DNA from: Microcystis aeruginosa NIES-843
GTDB taxonomy: Bacteria; Cyanobacteriota; Cyanobacteriia; Cyanobacteriales; Microcystaceae
Direction: 5' to 3'
Length of the DNA stretch: 32,000 nt
Assembly: GCF_000010625.1 (NCBI RefSeq)
Contig: NC_010296.1
Location: 1,290,001-1,322,000 of the forward strand
Shown here: piece by piece, positions 11,279-19,317 of the stretch
How positions within the stretch are numbered: position 1 is the stretch's first letter
Layout: every line of letters starts with the position of its first letter
Made by a program: the position numbers and the translations under genes
Notes under the pieces: model-generated
Told to the model about the DNA's origin: nothing
What the model saw: the letters and a program-made list of their open reading frames with translations, nothing else
Databases searched by the model: none

Positions 11279-11621
11279 AATAATCAGTTTTTAATAACCG
11301 GATTTAGTATTATTGGATAAGCCTTTCCACTTAGAAGATGTACCAGACTGAGCCTGAATCCGCCGTATGAAAAGCGATTAAAATCGTCATAATTTCCCCC
11401 AGACATAAGCTTATTTTTCGTTGTCGAGTCTTCAGTCCATAAGCAAGTAAGCTTTTTGAGCATTGAGGCGCAAATTATTGGCAAAAATCATCGACAGGAC
11501 AGAATAAAGCATCTATACTAACCCTAGGGCAAGGTGGCTGAATGGTTTTCTGTTTTTCAGCAGATCACTTCTCCCTTTTCTTATCCCGAACTCAGGTTAT
11601 ATATAAGGAGAATAATTAACC

Positions 11622-12452
11622 ATGACCGAAAATAGAGGACCGATTCCTGTAGTTGTCAACGGTGCAGCCGGTAAAATGGGACGGGAAGTCATTAAAGCCG
11701 TTGCTCGTGCCGACGATATGATCTTAGTGGGTGCAGTGGATCGAAATCCAGCTTTTCGAGGTCAAGATGTGGGGGAAGTGGCCGGTTGTGAACCCCTAGA
11801 AGTGCCGATTCTCGACGATTTACCGAGTGTTTTAGTCCTGGCAACTCAGGAAAAAGTGCAAGGGGTGATGGTGGATTTTACCCATCCCGACGGTGTTTAT
11901 GACAATACCCGCAGTGCGATCGCCTATGGAGTGCGTCCCGTGGTGGGAACTACGGGATTATCGGCGGCACAACTACAAGATTTAGCCGAATTTGCCGAAA
12001 AAGCCAGCACCGGCTGTTTAGTTATCCCCAATTTTTCCATTGGCATGGTTTTACTACAACAGGCTGCCCTGCAAGCATCCCGCTACTTTGATCATGTGGA
12101 AATTATCGAACTGCATCACAATCAAAAAGCAGACGCACCCAGTGGAACGGCGCTCAAAACCGCCGAATTACTGGCAGAATTAGGTAAAACCTTTAATCCT
12201 GCCCAAGTTTCCGAAAAAGAAACTATCCCCGGCGCTAGAGGCGGTTTAACTGCTGAGAACATCCGTATTCATAGCGTGCGTCTACCCGGTTTAATTGCCC
12301 ACCAAGAAGTCATTTTCGGTTCCCCCGGGGAAATCTATACCCTTCGTCATGATACCAGCGATCGCTCCTGTTATATGCCGGGGGTTCTCCTCTCTATCCG
12401 TAAAGTTACTCAGCTGCAATCCCTCGTCTACGGTTTAGAAAAAATCCTCTAA
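11622..12452 (+). CDS. dapB: 4-hydroxy-tetrahydrodipicolinate reductase
   Basis: N-terminal NAD(P) site [14 protein letters not shown] and signature [18 protein letters not shown]. The 276-aa length fits. Confidence 0.95.
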   Translation: MTENRGPIPVVVNGAAGKMGREVIKAVARADDMILVGAVDRNPAFRGQDVGEVAGCEPLEVPILDDLPSVLVLATQEKVQGVMVDFTHPDGVYDNTRSAIAYGVRPVVGTTGLSAAQLQDLAEFAEKASTGCLVIPNFSIGMVLLQQAALQASRYFDHVEIIELHHNQKADAPSGTALKTAELLAELGKTFNPAQVSEKETIPGARGGLTAENIRIHSVRLPGLIAHQEVIFGSPGEIYTLRHDTSDRSCYMPGVLLSIRKVTQLQSLVYGLEKIL

Positions 12453-12641
12453 ATCAAGATAGGTAGTGATTTTATTGTAGTGGTGATAGCTCAAACCTTT
12501 GCTAATTGGGCATTGTCGTCATCAATAAAGTACCAAACAGTTCGGCACCCCCCTGATCAAGGTAGTAGGGGGGATCGAAGGCAAAATCTATCTTCTATTT
12601 AATTAGAACCGCTTACCTAAACTCAATGGTAAAATAAGCTC

Positions 12642-12995
12642 ATGAGCGCTTTTCCTACCCCAGAACTCGATAAAATCCTCAAAGAAAAAGATATTCAAGG
12701 AGAACAGCAAAGACAAACCCTGCTGGCGAAAACTCAACAATGGCTTCATGAAAATGCCGTAAAATACGGAATTAATCGAGCTTATATCTTTGGCTCCGTG
12801 ACTCGTCCCTATAAATTTCACCCCGGTTCTGATGTGGATATTGCCGTCGAAAATATCAATCCCGAACTGCACTTTGAGGCTATTAGTATTCTTTCCTATT
12901 ATCTGGGGAGAGAGGTGGATATTATTCTGCTGAAAAACTGTCATTTTGCCCACCGAATTCGGGAAGAAGGAATTTTATGGACAACCGACAACTAA
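12642..12995 (+). CDS. Nucleotidyltransferase-domain protein (MNT/MntA-type antitoxin), pair 1
   Basis: Minimal NTase motif IFGSVTRPYKFHPGSDVDIAV (G-S...D-x-D). It is 117 aa and overlaps the downstream HEPN-like ORF by 19 nt. Confidence 0.8.
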   Translation: MSAFPTPELDKILKEKDIQGEQQRQTLLAKTQQWLHENAVKYGINRAYIFGSVTRPYKFHPGSDVDIAVENINPELHFEAISILSYYLGREVDIILLKNCHFAHRIREEGILWTTDN

Positions 12996-13447
12996 TTCTG
13001 TTGAAAGCTGATATAAATGCTCAATTACAGCTAATCAAAGCGATCGATGGTAAACTAGCTGTTAGAGCCGAAGGTGTTAATCCCGATGATGTCATTCGCC
13101 TAGAAAGCATTGCCTATCAAATCCATAATTTATACAGTGCCACTGAGGATTTACTTAAAATAGTGGCTACCTGTTTTGAAAATCATATTGCCGATACTCG
13201 GCAATGGCATACAGCCTTATTAAACAGAATGACTGTCCCTATCCCCGGAATTCGTCCTGCTTTTATTTCTTCAGAAACCGCCGCTTTGTTAAATAGTTTG
13301 CGAGGATTTCGGCACTTTTTTCGTCATGCCTACGGCACAAATATTGATTATGAGCAATTGAAAGTTAATTTAGACAGGGCAAGAAAAATCTACAGAAACT
13401 TAGAAAAAGATATTCAAATTTTCTTTGAACAATGGGCAGAAAGTTAA
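12977..13447 (+). CDS. HEPN-domain (HepT-like) putative RNase toxin, pair 1
   Basis: 156 aa and predicted all-helical. FRHFFRHAY (13310-13333) fits the HEPN R-x4-H-x-Y motif. The gene is translationally coupled to the upstream MNT gene. Confidence 0.7.
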   Translation: MDNRQLILLKADINAQLQLIKAIDGKLAVRAEGVNPDDVIRLESIAYQIHNLYSATEDLLKIVATCFENHIADTRQWHTALLNRMTVPIPGIRPAFISSETAALLNSLRGFRHFFRHAYGTNIDYEQLKVNLDRARKIYRNLEKDIQIFFEQWAES

Positions 13448-13473
13448 GCTAAATAATCGCTATTATAATTATT

Positions 13474-13845
13474 ATGTCGGTCAATAATCCCTATCTTGAA
13501 TACTGGCAAAAACGCCAAAAAGAACAGCAGGAATATAATCAAAAATTAGCTCAAGAGGCAAGGAAAAATCTTCCGCCAGTTATTGATTATTTAAAAGAAA
13601 ATTTCCCAATTACAAAAATTATCCTGTTTGGTTCTCTAGTTAAAGGTAAATTTCAGGAAACTTCTGATATTGATCTAGCAGTTGCTGGCATACCCCCAGA
13701 AAGTTTTTTTCAAGCTTTAGGAAAAGTTAATTTAATTAGCGCTCGCTGGATTGATTTAAAGCCTATAGAAGACTTAGAACCTCATTTTCTTAAAAGAGTT
13801 TTGCAAACAGGAGAATGTCTTTATGCGTCCGATGAGTGCCAGTGA
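13474..13845 (+). CDS. Nucleotidyltransferase-domain protein (MNT/MntA-type antitoxin), pair 2
   Basis: LFGSLVKGKFQETSDIDLAV NTase motif. It is 123 aa and overlaps the downstream ORF by 23 nt. Confidence 0.8.
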   Translation: MSVNNPYLEYWQKRQKEQQEYNQKLAQEARKNLPPVIDYLKENFPITKIILFGSLVKGKFQETSDIDLAVAGIPPESFFQALGKVNLISARWIDLKPIEDLEPHFLKRVLQTGECLYASDECQ

Positions 13846-14323
13846 ATTACAAGAAATCGCCCTTGATATTGCCACTGAAGTTAATAGATTAAATCGGCTA
13901 GAAAGCCAAATGCGTTTAGTTCAAGCGGAAATGCTAACCAACCCGGCACTAGCCGATATTTGTGCCGAAAGTTTAGCCCTAAAACTCGATAACTTCTATA
14001 CAGGATGTGAACGAATTTTTCAAATTATCGCTTCTGAGTTAAATGGTGGCTTACCATCTAGTTATGACTGGCATAGAAGGCTATTAAATCGTATGAGCAA
14101 ACCTCAAGATTATCGTCCTGCTGTATTACGAGAAGATACCGTGCATAAACTTAATGAATACCTAAGCTTTCGGCACGTTGTTCGCAATATCTACGGTTTT
14201 GAATTGGAAAAACAAAAACTAGAAAATCTGGTTAATAACTATTATAATACATGGCGACAAGTCCAAGAAGATATTAATAGTTTTATCCTTTGGTTAAAAA
14301 CCACAGCAGACAGTCTTAATTAA
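13823..14323 (+). CDS. HEPN-like protein paralogous to 12977..13447, with a variant active-site motif (R-x4-N), pair 2
   Basis: It aligns by eye with pair 1: WHRRLLNRMS vs WHTALLNRMT, and SFRHVVRNIYG vs GFRHFFRHAYG. The position of the HEPN histidine is Asn (codon aat, 14186-14188). Confidence 0.65.
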   Translation: MRPMSASELQEIALDIATEVNRLNRLESQMRLVQAEMLTNPALADICAESLALKLDNFYTGCERIFQIIASELNGGLPSSYDWHRRLLNRMSKPQDYRPAVLREDTVHKLNEYLSFRHVVRNIYGFELEKQKLENLVNNYYNTWRQVQEDINSFILWLKTTADSLN

Positions 14324-14509
14324 ACCTCAAAGACAAGATTGCTTGTTGAGATGGGGAAAGAGGCAACACCCCCCCAACCCTACCCGACGTCGGGGGGAGA
14401 TTTAGCTAATCTAAGGATAGGCGGTTAAAATGCGTCTTAGCCTATTCATAAAAGAACTGATGAGCCGTCAACTTCATTTCACAGTGGTTATTCTGACTTG
14501 AGAAAGTTA

Positions 14510-15166
14510 TTAACTTACTTCCGATGATTGCTGTACTTTCTGACCTATTTTTGGTTCCGTCCCTGCCAACAATCTTTTAATATTACCCTGATGACGAACA
14601 ATCACATAGATTCCCCCCATCAAACTAAATAAAATATAGGGGAGAGGTTGACCCAAAACAACCATTAAAATATTCACCACCAGCGCCCCGATAATCGAAC
14701 CTAAAGAAACAATCCGGAAAAGTGCCAGAATAACTAAAAAACTCGCCAAAGTTACGCAAGCCACTAGGGGATTCATCACTAATAAAACCCCTAAACTGGT
14801 GGCGACGGATTTACCACCACTAAAATTCAAGAAAATCGATTTACTATGACCGATGACTGCACCCAATGCTGCCCCGATAATTAACCAATAATACCAACTT
14901 TCTGGGAGAGGATTGACATCAATAAAATATAGTCCTCGTACCAGGGCCACCGCCACCATTCCCTTTAACATATCAATTAATAACACCGTCGCCCCGGCAG
15001 TTTTTCCCAGAGTTCTCAACACATTGGTGGCCCCAGTGGAACCGGAACCATAGTCACGAATATCGATACCTTTGCTGTATTTACCGATTAAATAACCCGT
15101 GGGAATCGAACCGAGCAGATAGGATAAAAGTAAGATAGTAAGACTGATAAGAATCGGAATAAGCAT
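14510..15166 (-). CDS. plsY: Glycerol-3-phosphate acyltransferase PlsY
   Basis: 218-aa polytopic membrane protein with the PlsY signature blocks GSGSTGATNV, SIFLNFSGGKSVATSLG and HxxNIxRL. Confidence 0.92.
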   Translation of the reverse strand: MLIPILISLTILLLSYLLGSIPTGYLIGKYSKGIDIRDYGSGSTGATNVLRTLGKTAGATVLLIDMLKGMVAVALVRGLYFIDVNPLPESWYYWLIIGAALGAVIGHSKSIFLNFSGGKSVATSLGVLLVMNPLVACVTLASFLVILALFRIVSLGSIIGALVVNILMVVLGQPLPYILFSLMGGIYVIVRHQGNIKRLLAGTEPKIGQKVQQSSEVS

Positions 15167-15235
15167 AAATTAACCCCAATTTTTAGCAAGAGCGAGCGCC
15201 GTTATCAGTGTATCAGCCCGAAGACAAAAAACCAC

Positions 15236-15931
15236 TCACAGGGAACCATAGACGGGAATTGCCGCCCCGCGCAAGTCTTTCGCCCCTTCCCCTGCCAGAA
15301 AACAGATCACCTCGGCTAGAGATTGGGGACTTACCCAGTCCTTGGCATTTGCCTCTCCCATCGCTTCCCGGTTGCCCGGAGTATCGATAATGCTGGGCAA
15401 AACCACGTTAGCGGTAATATTAGTCTGTTTGGTTTCTTCTGCGATCGCTTGAGTTAAAGCCACTACCGCCGCTTTCGAGGCACAATAGGCGGCCAAATTT
15501 GCCCCCGGTTGTACGGCACCACGAGAACCGATAGTGACGATACGACCATAATTATGAAGTTTCATCGAGCGTAAACAGTGTTTACACAGTAAAAAAGTGC
15601 TATGGAGGTTTAAATCGAACATTTTTAGCCAATCTTCATAACTAAACTCCTCCGTCGCCCCCATGGTAAAACCCCCGACTAGATGAATTAAGACATCGAC
15701 CCGACCGAGATCATCAATTAATCTAGCCACGGCAGTTTCTTGGGTTAAATCCACCCTGACAAAGCGAATACGCTCAAATTCCGCCGCACTCAGCCGAGAT
15801 TTCAGACGACCTACCTCCCTTTCCTCCCGATAGGTCATGGTTAGATGACCGCCATGGTGTAAAACCGCCGGAGTGACTCCTAAACCCAGTCCTCCCGTAC
15901 CGCCGGTCAGCAATACCCGTTTATCTTTCAT
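15236..15931 (-). CDS. SDR-family (short-chain dehydrogenase/reductase) oxidoreductase
   Basis: The cofactor motif LLTGGTGGLG follows the internal Met (start set at 15931 from ORF-track arithmetic). The catalytic motif is YCASKAA (Y-x3-K). Confidence 0.85.
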   Translation of the reverse strand: MKDKRVLLTGGTGGLGLGVTPAVLHHGGHLTMTYREEREVGRLKSRLSAAEFERIRFVRVDLTQETAVARLIDDLGRVDVLIHLVGGFTMGATEEFSYEDWLKMFDLNLHSTFLLCKHCLRSMKLHNYGRIVTIGSRGAVQPGANLAAYCASKAAVVALTQAIAEETKQTNITANVVLPSIIDTPGNREAMGEANAKDWVSPQSLAEVICFLAGEGAKDLRGAAIPVYGSL

Positions 15932-16013
15932 ATTGATTGATATATAATCGATCGCTCCAATTATAGATGATTTAACCGGGCAATTAGGCAATATTACAGC
16001 CTTTCTCGCCGGG

Positions 16014-17039
16014 CTAGGATTCCTTCATCGCTTGTTTTTTCTCCGCCTTGAGGTCGCGACTGCTGGCGGCGGCAATTTCCGCATCCATCAGGGTGCGTCC
16101 GGTGGCCGCCAGATAGACATCATCGAGACTAGGACGGGATTGGGCCATGCTGAACACGGGTAATCCCGATTCGGCTAGGGTTTGTTCAATTTTGCTTAAA
16201 GGATTGCTATTGGCCGCCACGATGAGATTCAGGGAGTTACCCTGGACGGTATTAACGATCACTTCCTCGACAAAAGGCAGACGGGATAATAACTCTTTCG
16301 CTTTTAGGGCTTCTTCCTCTGGGGAAAATTCTCGCACTTTTAGGGTAATGCGATCGCCGCCCAGTTGCTCCTTCAGTTGTGAGGGGGTACCGCGAGCGAT
16401 GACGATACCATTGTCGATAATTGCCAAGTTATCGGCCAAGGCGTCAATTTCTTCGAGATAATGGCTGGTAATTAACACACTGGTTCCGGCCGCCCGCAAT
16501 TGTCGCAGAAAATCCCAGACAATCAAACGACTTTCGATATCGAGTCCCACAGTCGGTTCATCCAGCACCAAAACTTCCGGCTGATGCAGTAATCCCGCCG
16601 CTAAATCCAGCCGTTTTTTGATGCCGCCGGAATAGGTTCCTGTTTTTTTGTCGGCGTATTCCTCTAATCCTAAAAGATTTATTAATTCTTTGATGCGCTC
16701 TCTTGACTTTTGAGCAGGAATGTGATAGATAGCCGCTTGTAGTTGCAACAGTTCCCGGCCCGTGAGCATTTTATCAAGGGCGACTTCTTGGGCAACGTAA
16801 CCCAGGCGTTTACGGGCGGATTTGGGGTTATTCAGGGCATCGACACCCCCCACCTCGATTTTGCCGCCATCGGGTTTAGCAAGGGTACAAAGACAGCGAA
16901 TCGTGGTGGTTTTCCCCGCACCATTGGGACCGAGTAAACCGAAGATTTCTGCCGCTGCCACGGTAAAGGAGATATCTTTAACCGCTGCTGTCTGACCGTA
17001 GGATTTTTTTAACTTTTCGATCGCCACCGCAAGGGTCAT
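16014..17039 (-). CDS. ABC transporter ATP-binding protein, DrrA/ABC-2-associated type
   Basis: Walker A GPNGAGKTT, signature YSGGIKKRL, Walker B VLVLDEPTVGLD, H-loop ITSHY, plus the C-terminal ~100-aa extension typical of the DrrA-like subgroup. The start could be the GTG at 17057 or the ATG at 17039. Confidence 0.88.
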   Translation of the reverse strand: MTLAVAIEKLKKSYGQTAAVKDISFTVAAAEIFGLLGPNGAGKTTTIRCLCTLAKPDGGKIEVGGVDALNNPKSARKRLGYVAQEVALDKMLTGRELLQLQAAIYHIPAQKSRERIKELINLLGLEEYADKKTGTYSGGIKKRLDLAAGLLHQPEVLVLDEPTVGLDIESRLIVWDFLRQLRAAGTSVLITSHYLEEIDALADNLAIIDNGIVIARGTPSQLKEQLGGDRITLKVREFSPEEEALKAKELLSRLPFVEEVIVNTVQGNSLNLIVAANSNPLSKIEQTLAESGLPVFSMAQSRPSLDDVYLAATGRTLMDAEIAAASSRDLKAEKKQAMKES

Positions 17040-17622
17040 AAGCTGATTTTCGCCCACTTGAGCGAGACAATTTTTTTGTTAACTTTCTCGGTCTATTTTA
17101 ACCCAGATTCCCCACTGCAAAATCTGGTATTGTAAATCTGACCTCCTCACCGCGCTCTCCGTGGCGGTGATGACTGGCAGCTCAAACGGGCTTAAATAAA
17201 CGATCTTCGCCTAGGTTGATGCTCGATCGAGACGCTTACCATCTCTAAATTTTCTAGAACTATCGTTTAGTTCTCACGGACAATTCTAGTAGATAGTTTC
17301 TGCAAGAAATCAGGCTGATTGTCTTTAATCTTGGCCTAGATTTGAGCTAGTTTTCCAGATTTCTGCCTTCTTTGGCTCGCTTTTTTCGGTCTATCATCTT
17401 TTATTTGTGCTTTTTTACAGCCTTTCTCCTAAAATTGACTCCTAGCTCCTGACTCCTGACTCACTAAAACGACAACTTCGCATCTCACCATTAAGATAGC
17501 TGCTGTAACACTTATAGAAAACACTGTCCCATAGACAATTATTTTTAGTCTATGATACAATCAGAACACTTCGCTTGTCATATTAGGTTAGGCGAGAATG
17601 AAAATTAGCACTAAAGGTATTT

Positions 17623-18672
17623 ATGAATAAAAGCTACGTTATTTGGAACAATAAAGGCGGAGTTGGCAAAAGCACTATTACTTTTCACGTTGCATCTATG
17701 TATGCAGAAGAAAACTTAGATCGAAATGTTGTAGTTATAGATATGTGTCCACAAGCAAATTCCTCGGTAATGCTTATGGGCGGTGGAATGAAAGCTGAAA
17801 ACTATCTTCAAGAGCTAATTATTAAAGAGACTCCTAGAACCGTAGTTGGCTATTTGACAGATAGTGCTTTAAAGAAAGATACAAGTGATGCTAATCGATA
17901 CTTGCTTCAATTAAAAGCAATTAATGATAATTTGTCACCAAATATTTTTTTAATGTGTGGTGATGGAAATCTTGAGTTAATTGCGCCTCTTTTAGCAGAC
18001 AGAGCAAACACAGTACCCCTATCAAGTGCAGATTCTCCCTGGGTTGAAATACATTCTATTATGAAGAACTTTACAGAACGCTCTATTTTTGGTAAGCCCA
18101 CTACATTTTTTATTGATACTAATCCTAGTTTTTCAATTTATACACAAATTGCAATTTTATCAGGACAGAAACTATTGATTCCTATAAATGCTGATGATTC
18201 TTCAATTTATGCCATATCTGGGTTGTTTAATCTAGTTTGGGGAACAGAAAAAGAACATCCCGTATATGGTAATTATACATTTGCCAATAAAGTTCATAAG
18301 TATGGGCTAGAGAGACCCAAAATCGCCTTGCTTTTGGGAAATAGATTTACTCAGAAAAGTGGTACCGCCCACGCTTTTAAAGCATTGTCAGAAGAGGCTG
18401 TCAGAAAAATGTTTTCAGAGTATCAAAGAAATAAATGTCGTTTTGTTGATGGGGACAAATACAACTATGATGAAGCACAGTTTGAAAAAGCATATAACTA
18501 TGAAATAAGAGATTTTAATAGTGCTGGAGTAGTATCCGCCAATCAAGGATTACCCTTGAGCAAAATGTTAGATACACCTCATTATTTAGTTTATAAAGAA
18601 GATATACAGGTCTCGAAAGACCAGAGAACAAAATGCCATAGTGTGATTAAAAAACTTGTCGCAAGATTATAA
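17623..18672 (+). CDS. ParA/MinD-superfamily P-loop ATPase, orphan (no adjacent partner gene), with a long C-terminal extension
   Basis: Deviant Walker A NNKGGVGKST at residues 9-18, A' motif VVVIDMCPQANSS, Walker B TTFFIDTNPS and the IPINADDSS block. At 349 aa it is about 100 aa longer than minimal ParA proteins. Confidence 0.85.
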   Translation: MNKSYVIWNNKGGVGKSTITFHVASMYAEENLDRNVVVIDMCPQANSSVMLMGGGMKAENYLQELIIKETPRTVVGYLTDSALKKDTSDANRYLLQLKAINDNLSPNIFLMCGDGNLELIAPLLADRANTVPLSSADSPWVEIHSIMKNFTERSIFGKPTTFFIDTNPSFSIYTQIAILSGQKLLIPINADDSSIYAISGLFNLVWGTEKEHPVYGNYTFANKVHKYGLERPKIALLLGNRFTQKSGTAHAFKALSEEAVRKMFSEYQRNKCRFVDGDKYNYDEAQFEKAYNYEIRDFNSAGVVSANQGLPLSKMLDTPHYLVYKEDIQVSKDQRTKCHSVIKKLVARL

Positions 18673-19060
18673 AATTTGATTGCACCACAAAATACGAACA
18701 AAAATTACAGAACTATGAAAAATAATCGAATCTTCTGGCTCTTCGGTTTGTGTTATGCAATAGACGGGGGTTATAAGGAATGAAACCCTTATAGAGACAG
18801 ACATTACCGCAATTTTTGTCAATTATTTTCGATCTAGAGCGAACTAATCAATTAAATCCCTTGCCAGATAAGGATTTAGTCGATTTATGCCCCCCTATCG
18901 AACCATACCAAGTCCCGAAGAGCCAATCTTCTCTTGATTAATACTTGGCTAATTTATTACTGACGATGTAGATAGTTTCAAAAATAATGCAATCGCTCTA
19001 CATTAGCTCTACATTTTTGTTACACTGAACTCCATCTAACAGATCGATGCTAGATAACAG

Positions 19061-19090
19061 GAAAGCGATCAAGAAAACTTGATCGCTTTC
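19061..19090. other. Perfect 13-bp stem / 4-nt loop hairpin in the non-coding stretch downstream of the ParA-like gene
   Basis: GAAAGCGATCAAG-AAAA-CTTGATCGCTTTC read directly. No U-tract follows on either strand, so it is not a canonical terminator. Confidence 0.5.
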
Positions 19091-19317
19091 GTCTAGTTCA
19101 AAATCCTCATCAGCAGCGAAAACGGCTTGATATTAAATATAAATCTCAAGACAAAACTTGATCAAAAATCATAGTTATCTTGACATGATATCCTTATCAA
19201 ACTAAGGGATTATTCCCTGAAAAACTGGCAACTTTTTTGACTATAATAACGACAAGATTATCGGTATAGTTTTAAACTATCCTAGGATAAGCCCTATCTC
19301 GATCGCAATATATATTT

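Noticed and set aside
11284-11484. 66-aa minus-strand ORF next to the MITE, considered as a MITE-disrupted gene; also a short frame on the other side of the MITE (about 10915-11035, minus strand)
   Set aside because: Removing the MITE in silico does not join the two frames, because a stop precedes the junction. There are no recognisable motifs, and the composition is atypical for coding sequence.
15994-17430. 14-nt direct repeat TTACAGCCTTTCTC on both sides of the ABC ATPase gene (about 15994-16007 and 17417-17430), considered as insertion boundaries
   Set aside because: One or two chance 14-mer matches are expected in a 32-kb window. No further similarity extends from either copy.
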